From an uncultured Alphaproteobacteria bacterium (lineage in GTDB: Bacteria; Pseudomonadota; Alphaproteobacteria; Rs-D84; CACZYB01), in assembly GCA_934246625.1 (NCBI GenBank), contig CAKQHZ010000001.1, positions 450,001-482,000 on the forward strand: 32,000 nt of DNA. The letters are read 5' to 3'. The position numbers and the translations under genes were made by a program. Positions 1 through 8,617 of the stretch are shown here, in pieces (positions within the stretch are counted from its first letter, which is position 1; each line of letters begins with the position of its first letter). The notes beneath the pieces were generated by a model that saw only the letters and a program-made list of their open reading frames with translations, did not search any database and was not told where the DNA came from.

Positions 1-638
1 ACAGTTGCAGTTGTGTCGGTTTTGTCTTGATATGCTTGATTTACTTCAAAATTTGATAATGGTGTTTCAGCAGCCCAAGAATATGGAAGAATACGGAAAT
101 CTTCGTAAAGAAGTCCCTTTTCATATAGGGTTTTAAATGCCCACATAATACTTTCTGAATATTCCTTGTCCATAGTTTTATATGCGTTTTCCATATCAAC
201 CCAACGGCCAAGGCGGTTTATGATACCTTTCCAATCATTTGCATAAGTTAAAACATCAATACGGCATTTGTCAGTAAATTTATCAACACCATATTCTTCT
301 ATGGCTTTTTTACCAGAAATACCAAGTTCCTTTTCCGTTTTAAGTTCAGGAGGTAGTCCATGACAATCCCAACCCCAACGGCGGTTGACCTTTTTGCCCT
401 TCATTGTTTGATAACGAGCAACGGTATCCTTTGTAAAACTTTGTAAAACATGACCATAGTGAGGAAGTCCATTTGCAAATGGAGGACCATCATAGAATAC
501 AAATTCGTTCTTTTCATCACGTTCGTCAACAGAGCGTTCGAAAATCTTTTCCTTATTCCAAAAGGCAAGAATCTTTTCCTCTATTTCAGGAAAATTGGGT
601 TTTGTTGTGGTTTCTGGATAAATATTTTTACTTGACAT
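1..638 (-). CDS. ileS: Isoleucyl-tRNA synthetase, N-terminal fragment (continues beyond the window edge); eukaryote-like type-2 signature
   Basis: Hand translation of the minus strand from the ATG (complement of 636-638) gives MSSKNIYPETTTKPNFPEIEEKILAFWNKEKIFERSVDERDEKNEFVFYDGPPFANGLPHYGHVLQSFTKDTVARYQTMKGKKVNRRWGWDCHGLPPE... It carries the class I HIGH motif (HYGH) and the WGWDCHGLP block. It is missing from the ORF track because no stop codon lies inside the window. Confidence 0.9.
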   Translation of the reverse strand, partial: MSSKNIYPETTTKPNFPEIEEKILAFWNKEKIFERSVDERDEKNEFVFYDGPPFANGLPHYGHVLQSFTKDTVARYQTMKGKKVNRRWGWDCHGLPPELKTEKELGISGKKAIEEYGVDKFTDKCRIDVLTYANDWKGIINRLGRWVDMENAYKTMDKEYSESIMWAFKTLYEKGLLYEDFRILPYSWAAETPLSNFEVNQAYQDKTDTTAT

Positions 639-700
639 AATTGTTTCCTTTGTTTAAAATGTGTCCGTTTTAATATTTATTATAATAGTAGGATTTAAAA

Positions 701-1477
701 ATGAATTCAATAGAAAAAGATAGTTATTTGCGAGAAAAGTTTGCAGGAAAGCCAGTTTCTGAAGTTGAATATTGTGATGAAGAAAAAAATAAACTTGTTA
801 TTTTTGATTTTGACGAAACTTTGGTTCAAAGTAAAGATATGTTTTTTAATGCGAATAAAAGAGCGATGGAAATTTTAAACCTTCCACATAATGACTATAT
901 CGTTTCAAATATATTTATTCTTGTAAATAGTGAATATTTAGGTTGGGGAAAGGATTTGAAGGAACAAGGTGAAATTTATGAAAATTTATATGCTCCTTTG
1001 GTGACAAAACTTTCTAATACCGAAGAATTTTTAAATCAAGTTAAGTTTTATAATGTTATGCATTCTGTTATCAAAGAATTGGCAAAATTGAATATTGCTT
1101 TGGCGGTTGCTTCTTCTCGTGATTTATATTCTATACTTTCCGTTTTAAAGCGTGAAGGTGTAAAAGGTTATTTTGATATTATTGAAGCAACTGAGGGTGG
1201 TAAAAATTTCCGTGATAAGCCTGATACTCATATTGTTCAATATATTTCTCAGGAAGTTGGAGTTCCTCTTGAAAAGGCTGTGATGGTTGGTGATTCAAAA
1301 TGTGATATTGAAATGGGAAAATCCGCTGGTATGAAAACAATAGGTGTTGGATTTGGTGCGTTTACAAGTTTGGAAAAAATGAAATCTTGTAGACCTAATG
1401 TTTTGCTTAGTCGTAAGGAAGAATTGAAAGATATTCCTGTTCATATAAAATATTTGTTAAATCAAAAATCAAAATAA
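701..1477 (+). CDS. HAD-superfamily hydrolase (phosphoglycolate phosphatase-like)
   Basis: 258-aa ORF. HAD motif I is DFDETL (IFDFDETLVQS), motif II is VASSR, and motif IV is GDSKCDIEMG. An AGGA sits about 9 nt upstream of the ATG. Confidence 0.8.
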   Translation: MNSIEKDSYLREKFAGKPVSEVEYCDEEKNKLVIFDFDETLVQSKDMFFNANKRAMEILNLPHNDYIVSNIFILVNSEYLGWGKDLKEQGEIYENLYAPLVTKLSNTEEFLNQVKFYNVMHSVIKELAKLNIALAVASSRDLYSILSVLKREGVKGYFDIIEATEGGKNFRDKPDTHIVQYISQEVGVPLEKAVMVGDSKCDIEMGKSAGMKTIGVGFGAFTSLEKMKSCRPNVLLSRKEELKDIPVHIKYLLNQKSK

Positions 1478-1553
1478 TATTTCATAAAGTTAGTGATATT
1501 TTTTAATTTGATTATATAATAGTCATATAAAATCAATTTAGAGGTCTTTTATT

Positions 1554-3395
1554 ATGAAGTATGATGTTGTTGTGGTTGGTGCTGGACACGCAGGAATTGA
1601 GGCTGGTTCCGCATCTGCTAGATTAGGTCTTAAAACGGCTCTTGTAAGTTTTTCAAAAAATAATATTGGAGAAATGAGTTGCAATCCATCTATTGGTGGA
1701 CTTGGTAAAGGTCATTTGGTAAGAGAAATTGATGCTCTTGATGGTGTTATGGCAAGGGCGATTGATTTTGCAGGGACTCAATTTAGAGTTTTAAATGCTT
1801 CAAAGGGGGCTGCGGTTCAAGGTCCACGTGCACAAGCAGATAGAGAGCTTTATAAAAAGGCCGTTAATTCAATTTTGGCTGAATATAAAACTTTGGATAT
1901 TATAGAAGACGAAGTTATAGAAATTCTTTTTGATGATGATTTTAAAAATGTTAAGGGTGTTGTTTTAAAGTCCGCTGGTGTAATAGAATGTAAATCAGTT
2001 GTCCTTACAACTGGAACTTTCCTTAATGGTATTATGCATACTGGGGAAGAAAAAACAAAGGGTGGAAGAATTGGTGAAAAAGCGTCCTATGGAATTACAG
2101 AATCGCTTAAAAAAGCCGGCTTTTCTATTTTACGACTTAAAACTGGAACCCCAGCAAGACTTTCAATGAAGACTATTGATTATAGTGAACTTGAGTGTCA
2201 AACAAGTGATGAAGTGCCTGAACCTTTTTCATATATGACAGATAAGATTACACAAGAATTGATACCTTGTTATATAACCTATACAAATCTTAAAACACAT
2301 AAAATTATTACAGATAATAAAGATAGGACTCCTCTTTATAATGGGCAAATTAAATCTATTGGTCCAAGATATTGTCCAAGTATTGAAGATAAGGTTGTTC
2401 GTTTTGCTCATCACGAATCTCATCATGTGTTTTTGGAGCAAGAAGGTTATGGTTCAGATGTGATTTATCCAAATGGAATTTCAACATCATTGCCAAAAGA
2501 TGTGCAAGATGAGTTTATTCATTCTATTAAAGGGTTAGAGCATGTGAAAATTCTTCGCTATGGTTATGCGATTGAATATGATGCAATAGATGCTCGTGAG
2601 TTAAAAGCTACACTTGGTTCTAAACGCATAAAAGGACTTTATTTTGCAGGTCAGATAAATGGAACAAGTGGTTATGAAGAAGCCGCAAGTCAGGGTATTC
2701 TTGCTGGTATCAATGCGGGATTGTTTGCAAAGGGTGAAGATGAAGTTGTTCTTGATAGGGCTCAAGCATACATTGGTGTGTTGGTTGATGATATTACAAC
2801 TTTGGGTGTTGATGAACCATACAGAATGTTCACTTCTCGTTCAGAATATAGGTTAAGTATTAGGGCGGATAATGCCGACCAAAGATTGACACCTCTTGGT
2901 ATCAAAATTGGGGTGGTTGGTGATAAAAGAACCGGCTTTTTCAATGAAAAAATGAAAAAAATGGACGAGTTTAAAAAGTTTTTAAAATCTCATAAACTTA
3001 ATCTTAAAATGCTTAAAAGTGTTGGAATAGATGTTGTTGGTATTGCTGGAAACAATTTGTATGATGCTTTGCGTTATGCAGAAATTGATATGAAAGTTTT
3101 AAAGCAACTTTATCCTGAAATTTCAAATTTTGATGAAAAAATTGTTAATCAAATTGAAATAGAAGGTAAATATCAAGGCTATTTAAAACGTCAACAAAAG
3201 GATATTGAAGCATATAAAAAAGACCAAAGTTTGAAAATTCCATCAAATATTGATTATGACAAAGTTGGTGGACTTACCTTAGAAGTTAGGGCAAAGTTGA
3301 AAAAGGCAAATCCTGAAACTTTGGCTTCGGCTTCTCGAATCCCTGGGATTACTCCTGCGGCTTTGACTTCTTTGTTAAAATATGTGAAAAAATAG
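1554..3395 (+). CDS. mnmG: tRNA uridine 5-carboxymethylaminomethyl modification enzyme MnmG (GidA)
   Basis: 613 aa. N-terminal FAD fold VVVGAGHAGIEA, plus the blocks GPRYCPSIEDK and FAGQINGTSGYEEAA. Length is typical for the family. Confidence 0.97.
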   Translation: MKYDVVVVGAGHAGIEAGSASARLGLKTALVSFSKNNIGEMSCNPSIGGLGKGHLVREIDALDGVMARAIDFAGTQFRVLNASKGAAVQGPRAQADRELYKKAVNSILAEYKTLDIIEDEVIEILFDDDFKNVKGVVLKSAGVIECKSVVLTTGTFLNGIMHTGEEKTKGGRIGEKASYGITESLKKAGFSILRLKTGTPARLSMKTIDYSELECQTSDEVPEPFSYMTDKITQELIPCYITYTNLKTHKIITDNKDRTPLYNGQIKSIGPRYCPSIEDKVVRFAHHESHHVFLEQEGYGSDVIYPNGISTSLPKDVQDEFIHSIKGLEHVKILRYGYAIEYDAIDARELKATLGSKRIKGLYFAGQINGTSGYEEAASQGILAGINAGLFAKGEDEVVLDRAQAYIGVLVDDITTLGVDEPYRMFTSRSEYRLSIRADNADQRLTPLGIKIGVVGDKRTGFFNEKMKKMDEFKKFLKSHKLNLKMLKSVGIDVVGIAGNNLYDALRYAEIDMKVLKQLYPEISNFDEKIVNQIEIEGKYQGYLKRQQKDIEAYKKDQSLKIPSNIDYDKVGGLTLEVRAKLKKANPETLASASRIPGITPAALTSLLKYVKK

Positions 3396-3411
3396 TTTAA
3401 AAGGGGATAAA

Positions 3412-4449
3412 ATGAAACCATGTAATTGTTGCTGTTTCCCATTTGAAAGAATTATGTTAGAAGGTGATGGGGAGGTAAGTTTTTGTTGCCAAAGCAATAA
3501 TTACAAGTATGTTTTAGGAAATATTTTTTCAGATTCCTTTGAGGATTTATGGTATGGTGAAAAGGCTATAAATTTTAGAAAATCGATTCTTGACGGGTCG
3601 TATAGATATTGCAATTTAGATGTTTGTGGTGATTTTTGTCCTTGGAATTGTTTTGATGCGAATGGTAAAGATAAAGAAAAATTATTGTATCCACCATATC
3701 CAAAATATGTAAATATAAGTTATGTGTCTTCTTGTAATGTAAGATGTATGACTTGTCGAGATAAACTTTGTTTGGAACGACCTGAAGATACTGAGCAATT
3801 TGATAAAATTACAGATAAAGTTATTGATTTGTGTTGCAATGCTAAAACGGTTTATCTTGATGGTTCAGGTGAGCTTTTTACAAGTAATCATTTAAAGAAA
3901 ATGGTTCATAAGTTGGTTGATAAATATCCGAATTTAAAATTTCATATACATACTAATGGTTTGCTTTGTGATGAACAGCATATTAAAGAATTTGGTTTAG
4001 AAGGTAGGATTTTATCACTTAATATTTCTATACACTCAGCAACAAAGAAAACTTATGAAACTATAGTCAGAGGAGGGCATTGGGAACAACTTATTCAAAA
4101 TTTAGAGTATATAAAAAGTTTGAATATTAAAGAAGTTTATTTCATTTTTGTTTTACATTCTCTTAATTATAAAGAAATGCCAGCTTTTGCAAAAATGGCA
4201 AAAAAGTATAATGCAAAAGCAAAGTTTTGGAGATTTAGAAATTGGGAAACATCTCAGATGTGTAGAGAAATTGATAGATATTCATGTTGGGAAAGTTGGC
4301 ATCCTGATTATAAGAATTTTATAAAGATTTTAAGCAAACTTAAACGTGTAGGGAATTATATACTTGCAGAACCTTTTTTACGAAAACTTCAAGCTGGCGC
4401 AAAGGATTCCTTTGTTGATAAAATTGTTAATTTTTTTAATAAAAAATAG
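3412..4449 (+). CDS. Radical SAM protein with an N-terminal SPASM/twitch-like cysteine cluster
   Basis: 345 aa. CX3CX2C is present at SSCNVRCMTCRD, with the downstream blocks GSGELF, HTNG and ISIHS. The N-terminal 80 aa (CNCCCFPFERIMLEGDGEVSFCC...LGNIF...LWYG...FRKS...YCNLDVCGDFC) resemble a SPASM auxiliary-cluster domain. RBS is AAGGGGA. Confidence 0.8.
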   Translation: MKPCNCCCFPFERIMLEGDGEVSFCCQSNNYKYVLGNIFSDSFEDLWYGEKAINFRKSILDGSYRYCNLDVCGDFCPWNCFDANGKDKEKLLYPPYPKYVNISYVSSCNVRCMTCRDKLCLERPEDTEQFDKITDKVIDLCCNAKTVYLDGSGELFTSNHLKKMVHKLVDKYPNLKFHIHTNGLLCDEQHIKEFGLEGRILSLNISIHSATKKTYETIVRGGHWEQLIQNLEYIKSLNIKEVYFIFVLHSLNYKEMPAFAKMAKKYNAKAKFWRFRNWETSQMCREIDRYSCWESWHPDYKNFIKILSKLKRVGNYILAEPFLRKLQAGAKDSFVDKIVNFFNKK

Positions 4450-6309
4450 TTAGTTTGTTGTTATAATATAGCTCATTATTGCTTTGAAAATTTTGGCTGG
4501 AATTGTTCCGCCATAGCTTGAGTTTGTCATTGCGGTGTTGTTGTCGTTTCCTATCCATACACCTGTTATATATTTTGGTGAATATCCAATAAACCATGCG
4601 TCGCGGTTGTTTTGGCTTGTTCCTGTTTTACCACAAATATATTCGCCCTTTATATTTGCATTGGAACCTGTGCCACCTTCGATTACTCGCCTTAACATAT
4701 AATTCATATTTTCGACTTGGGCTTCGGATAAAAGTTTTCCTACACCACTTCCTTTGCGTTCATAAATGATATTGCCATCGGCGTCAGTTATTGTTGTAAT
4801 TGCATGAGGAATTACGCCATAACCCTTATTTGCAAATGTCGCAAATGCAGATGTTAGGTCAAGTAGTGTTGTTTCAGAGGTGCCAAGGATTATTGAATAA
4901 TCGTTGTTTATTTTATCAATAAGTCCAAGTTTTCGTGCGGTAGCAATTATATTTTTTAAACCAACTTCCTTTGCAATAGCAACAGGGACTGTGTTAACTG
5001 ATTTTTCAAGTGCATCAGCCATTGAAATTTCGCCTATGTATTTATCATCATGATTTCTTGGGGTCCAATTTTCAATCGTTGTTGGTGTGTCGTTAAATAT
5101 ATCGTTTGGTTTGAAACCCTTTTCAAGTGCGGTTAGATAAACAAATGGTTTGAATATTGAACCTGGTTGGCGTTTCATTTGATTAGTGCGATTAAATTGA
5201 CTTTCGGTGTAATTTTTACCTCCTACCATTGCAAGAATATCTCCGTTTATATCAATTACAATACTTGCGATTTGAGAAAAGTTATACTTCTTTCCGTCTT
5301 TTTCAATATAGGTTTTAGTTATGTTTTCAGCAGTTTTTTGTATAGAGTTATCAAGGGTTGTATAGATTATAATATCCTTTGAAATATCACTTATTAAAGA
5401 GTGCATTTCATTTAAAACATAATCTGTAAAATATCTTATTTGATTATAGTTGTTTGTAGGATTTTCGTATTTATAATTTAATGCTTCCTTGTATTGTTGT
5501 TCGTTTATATAGCCTTGGTCATACATAAGAGCAAGCACAGTTTTTGCACGTTTTAAAGATGCTTCTGGATTATTTATTGGATTTAGTCTTGTTGGGGCTT
5601 TTAACATTCCAGCAAGAATTGCAGATTCAGCAATATTTATATCGTAAATTGATTTGTTGAATAATATTTCGGCGGCATTGGCGATGCCATATTTTCCTCC
5701 GACAAGAGAAATTCGGTTTAAGTATAAAGAGAGGATTTGATTTTTTGTAAATTTGTTTTCAAGCCAAAGAGTTATCATAACTTCCTGTATCTTACGGCTT
5801 ATGGAACGCTTACTTGAAAGGAAAACATTTTTTGCAAGTTGTTGGGTGATGGTGCTTCCACCTTGGGCGGAGCGATTTCTTATGATGTTATTGACTAAGG
5901 CACGGAAAAGACCTCTTATATCCACACCAAAGTGAGAATAAAAACGGCGGTCTTCCACAGCAAGAACGGCTTGCCATATATGTGGTGGTAATGTTTCAAC
6001 ATCAACAGTTTCCCCGTATATATCATTTATTGCAAAAATTTTTTCATCATTTCGGTCTGCAATTATTATGCTTGGTTTCCTTGTTTGATTGGTTATGTGT
6101 TCTATGTTTGGAAGTGTTAGTGCAAGGTATAGTAATATAATTGATAAAAAAATTCCTGCCCATATTCCAAAGTATATGAAGTAATAAAAAAATTTACCCC
6201 AAAGACCATTTTGGTATTTGTATCCCTTTATTCTTCCGTGATATGCGGGACCACAGTGATATGATTTGGCACCACTTGAAAGGCTATATCTAAATTTGTT
6301 TATCTTCAT
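4450..6309 (-). CDS. mrcA: Class A penicillin-binding protein (bifunctional transglycosylase/transpeptidase)
   Basis: 619 aa with an N-terminal TM anchor. GT51 motifs EDRRFYSHFGVD and GGSTITQQL are present. Transpeptidase motifs are SIFK (SxxK), SVN (SxN) and KTGTS (KTG). Confidence 0.93.
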   Translation of the reverse strand: MKINKFRYSLSSGAKSYHCGPAYHGRIKGYKYQNGLWGKFFYYFIYFGIWAGIFLSIILLYLALTLPNIEHITNQTRKPSIIIADRNDEKIFAINDIYGETVDVETLPPHIWQAVLAVEDRRFYSHFGVDIRGLFRALVNNIIRNRSAQGGSTITQQLAKNVFLSSKRSISRKIQEVMITLWLENKFTKNQILSLYLNRISLVGGKYGIANAAEILFNKSIYDINIAESAILAGMLKAPTRLNPINNPEASLKRAKTVLALMYDQGYINEQQYKEALNYKYENPTNNYNQIRYFTDYVLNEMHSLISDISKDIIIYTTLDNSIQKTAENITKTYIEKDGKKYNFSQIASIVIDINGDILAMVGGKNYTESQFNRTNQMKRQPGSIFKPFVYLTALEKGFKPNDIFNDTPTTIENWTPRNHDDKYIGEISMADALEKSVNTVPVAIAKEVGLKNIIATARKLGLIDKINNDYSIILGTSETTLLDLTSAFATFANKGYGVIPHAITTITDADGNIIYERKGSGVGKLLSEAQVENMNYMLRRVIEGGTGSNANIKGEYICGKTGTSQNNRDAWFIGYSPKYITGVWIGNDNNTAMTNSSYGGTIPAKIFKAIMSYIITTN

Positions 6310-7177
6310 ATTTTATTTTGTTTTGTATTAAAAATGCTTTGATAGTGTTATTCATTAACATTGCTATTGTCATAGGTCCTACACCTCCAGGAATTGGTGT
6401 TATGTAGGAGGCAATTTTTGATACGGATTTGAAATCTATATCTCCTGTTAGTTTTTTTGTTTTTTCGTTTCGAATCATTGCAACATCAACGATGCAAGCC
6501 TTTGGCTTTATATAACTTGCGGTTATTTGATTTGCTTTTGTTCCCATAGCAGATATTAAAATATCGGCGGTTTTTGTTATTTCCTTTAGGTGTTTTGTGT
6601 GGCTGTGGCAAATTGTTATAGTTGCATTTTTTGCAAGCATAAGTTCAGCCATTGGTTTGCCAACGATATTTGAACGACCAAGGATTACAACATTTTTACC
6701 ATCAATTTTTATTTTATAGTTTTCAAGGAGCTTTAATATTCCAAGTGGAGTGCAAGGAATAAAATTTGAATTGTGGGTTGTGGAAAGTAGCCCTTTGTTT
6801 ATAATATTAAAGCCATCAACATCTTTTTCAGGTGCGATTGCATTTATAACAGTAAATTCGTTTATATGTGATGGAAGTGGTAATTGAACAAGTATGCCAT
6901 TTACCTTTTTATCCTTGTTTAATTTAGTGATAGTTTTTAAAAGTTCGGTTTCTGATGTATTGTTTGGTAAATGGATTGATAAGGAATTTATTCCAATTTC
7001 ATCACAGCGTTTTTGTTTATTTTTTACATAAATAAGAGATGCAGGATTATCTCCTACCAAAATAACGGCAAGGGTTGGAACCTTTTTGTATTTGGATTTA
7101 AGGTTGGTTATGGTTTCCTTGAATAATTCAATGTATTTAGATGCGGTCTTTTTCCCGTCCAATAATTTTGCAGTCAT
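6290..7177 (-). CDS. folD: Bifunctional methylenetetrahydrofolate dehydrogenase/cyclohydrolase
   Basis: 295 aa. Starts MTAKLLDGKK and contains VILVGDNPASLIYVKNK, VQLPLP and PVPGGVGPMT-like (TPIPGGVGPMTIAML) blocks. It overlaps the PBP start by 20 nt. Confidence 0.95.
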   Translation of the reverse strand: MTAKLLDGKKTASKYIELFKETITNLKSKYKKVPTLAVILVGDNPASLIYVKNKQKRCDEIGINSLSIHLPNNTSETELLKTITKLNKDKKVNGILVQLPLPSHINEFTVINAIAPEKDVDGFNIINKGLLSTTHNSNFIPCTPLGILKLLENYKIKIDGKNVVILGRSNIVGKPMAELMLAKNATITICHSHTKHLKEITKTADILISAMGTKANQITASYIKPKACIVDVAMIRNEKTKKLTGDIDFKSVSKIASYITPIPGGVGPMTIAMLMNNTIKAFLIQNKIKYEDKQI

Positions 7178-7299
7178 TTCTTTCTCCTTTTCTTCTATTA
7201 TAACAAAAAATCTGGGATTTAAAAGTTTTTTATACTTGAAAAGGTGATTTTCAGTTGTTATCTATATATTATATAATAACTTTATAAAGGAATTTGGAA

Positions 7300-7977
7300 A
7301 TGACAGATAAAAAATGGAAAAATAAGCATTATGAAAATACAGATGTTAAAAAAGAATCTGAGTGTGGTTGTAAGTGTGGTGAAAAATGTAATTGTGAAAA
7401 GGATAAATGTGCATCTGGAAATTGTGAATGTGGAAAGGATTGTAAGTGCCATCATGAACATCATTGCAATGATTGTGGTGAAGGTGTTGAATGTCCAGAT
7501 AATGGTTGTGAAAAGGAATTTGATAAAATTGAAAATTTAAAGGCTGAAGTTGCTTCTTGGCAAGAAAAGTATATAAGGACTTTGGCTGATTGTGAAAATG
7601 CAAAACGTCGTGCCGATATTGATGCAAAAAATATGATTGATTATAAAATCGCAAAATTTGCAAAGGATATGTTGCCTTTGGCTGATAATATTGCTTTGGC
7701 TTTGGCTTCTATTGAAGGAAAAGTTGATAGTAGTGTTATTGAAGGTTTGAAATCTATACAATCTGGTTTTATTAGCGCATTAGAAAAAAATAATATTTGC
7801 AAAATTAAAACTGTGGGTGAAAAACTTAATCCTCAGGAACATTGTGTTGTTATGCAAGTTGATGACCCAAATGTAGAAGAAGGTGTTGTTGCACGTGAGC
7901 TTCAAGCTGGTTATAAGTTGGGTGATAAGGTTATTAGAGAAGCAATGGTCGCAACTTCAAATGGAAAAAAGAACTAA
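7300..7977 (+). CDS. grpE: Nucleotide exchange factor GrpE with a roughly 70-aa Cys/His-rich (metallothionein-like) N-terminal extension
   Basis: The GrpE core is recognisable (LKAEVASWQEKYIRTLADCENAKRRADID...FAKDMLPLADNIALAL...GYKLGDKVIREAMV). I chose the ATG at 7300, which is 9 nt after AAAGG; the track start at 7294 is a TTG. The N-terminus reads ECGCKCGEKCNCEKDKCASGNCECGKDCKCHHEHHCNDCGEGVECPDNGC. Confidence 0.9.
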   Translation: MTDKKWKNKHYENTDVKKESECGCKCGEKCNCEKDKCASGNCECGKDCKCHHEHHCNDCGEGVECPDNGCEKEFDKIENLKAEVASWQEKYIRTLADCENAKRRADIDAKNMIDYKIAKFAKDMLPLADNIALALASIEGKVDSSVIEGLKSIQSGFISALEKNNICKIKTVGEKLNPQEHCVVMQVDDPNVEEGVVARELQAGYKLGDKVIREAMVATSNGKKN

Positions 7978-8332
7978 TTATTCTTTGGGTATAGAGGCAG
8001 AAGATAGAGCAAAATCGATTCTTCAAGATAAAGGTTTTGAGATATTGACTTCTCGGTATCAGGTGGGATATGGGCTTGATGCAGGAGAAGTTGATATAAT
8101 TGCAGTTGATAAGTCAAAAAAATTATTATTGTTTGTTGAAGTGAAAAAGCGAAAAACTTTGGAGCTTGCAGGAAATTCAATATTTCAATCACAAATGGAT
8201 AGAATTTATAATTCAGCAGAGGTTTTTTTATCAAAAGAACCGGCTTTTTGTGATTTTGATTGTCGATTTGATGCAGTGTTATTTGATGATAAATTTAATT
8301 ATGAATATTTAGAAAATGCATGGGGATTTTAA
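7961..8332 (+). CDS. yraN: YraN-family (UPF0102) endonuclease-like protein
   Basis: MEKRTNYSLGIEAEDRAKSILQDKGFEILTSRYQ...GEVDIIAVDKSKKLLLFVEVKKRK matches the YraN pattern (GxxAE...G...R...GE.D.I......vFVEVK.R). The internal ATG at 7961 is preferred over the track start at 7883, which lies inside grpE. Confidence 0.8.
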   Translation: MEKRTNYSLGIEAEDRAKSILQDKGFEILTSRYQVGYGLDAGEVDIIAVDKSKKLLLFVEVKKRKTLELAGNSIFQSQMDRIYNSAEVFLSKEPAFCDFDCRFDAVLFDDKFNYEYLENAWGF

Positions 8333-8338
8333 AACTTC

Positions 8339-8367
8339 TTGATTTTTAATTTAGTTTAATGTATAAA
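8339..8367 (+). promoter_or_regulatory. Putative sigma70-type promoter for tRNA-Leu
   Basis: TTGATT (8339-8344), 17-nt spacer, TATAAA (8362-8367), with TG one nt upstream of the -10. It ends 12 nt before the tRNA 5' end. Confidence 0.45.
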
Positions 8368-8379
8368 TATTCTTACTTT

Positions 8380-8464
8380 GGGAATGTGGCGGAATTGGTA
8401 GACGCGGCGGACTCAAAATCCGCTGGGGCGACCCTTGAGAGTTCGATTCTCTCCATTCCTACCA
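8380..8464 (+). tRNA. tRNA-Leu, anticodon CAA, with encoded CCA
   Basis: Hand-folded cloverleaf. Acceptor is GGGAATG/CATTCCT (first pair G-U). D arm is GCGGAATTGGTAGACGC. Anticodon stem is GCGGA/TCCGC with loop CTCAAAA (CAA at 8414-8416). There is a long variable arm, a T arm GAGAG-TTCGATT-CTCTC, discriminator A and CCA. Confidence 0.93.
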
Positions 8465-8588
8465 AACTTTTAAAGTAAAGGCGATTGCCAAACAAGGATA
8501 CAAACTTACAATTCTAAAACTCCTCACTATCGCTGTTCGTCGTTAAGAATTATTCGTGTTTGTGTTCTCTGATTCCTGCTAAATTTAG

Positions 8589-8617
8589 AATCAGCATTTT
8601 TCGGTGCTGATTTTTTT
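8589..8617 (+). terminator. Intrinsic terminator about 125 nt downstream of tRNA-Leu
   Basis: Stem AATCAGCA/TGCTGATT, loop TTTTTCGG, followed by a T run (8611-8617). Confidence 0.6.

Noticed and set aside
450-635. 61-aa plus-strand ORF at the left edge.
   Set aside because: It is antisense to the clearly recognisable ileS N-terminus.
7235-7270. CTTGAAA box upstream of grpE, considered as a sigma-32 heat-shock promoter; I also looked for a CIRCE/HrcA operator.
   Set aside because: The -35-like box is present, but no CCCCATNT or CYTATNT -10 lies at 13-18 nt. Only TATCTA occurs, at 17 nt. No TTAGCACTC-N9-GAGTGCTAA inverted repeat is present. The evidence is too weak to call.
7282-7761. Alternative-frame and antisense ORFs (60-105 aa) over the grpE 5' region.
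   Set aside because: They are artefacts of the repetitive TGT/AAA-rich coding sequence. The GrpE frame is continuous into a recognisable GrpE core.
8465-8588. tRNA-Leu trailer considered as a tmRNA, a known sRNA, or an attachment-site remnant.
   Set aside because: It has no tRNA-like 3' domain, no tag reading frame ending in a typical ...AA stop, no integrase nearby, and no repeat of the tRNA 3' end longer than 6 nt downstream. It is kept only as a low-interest observation.
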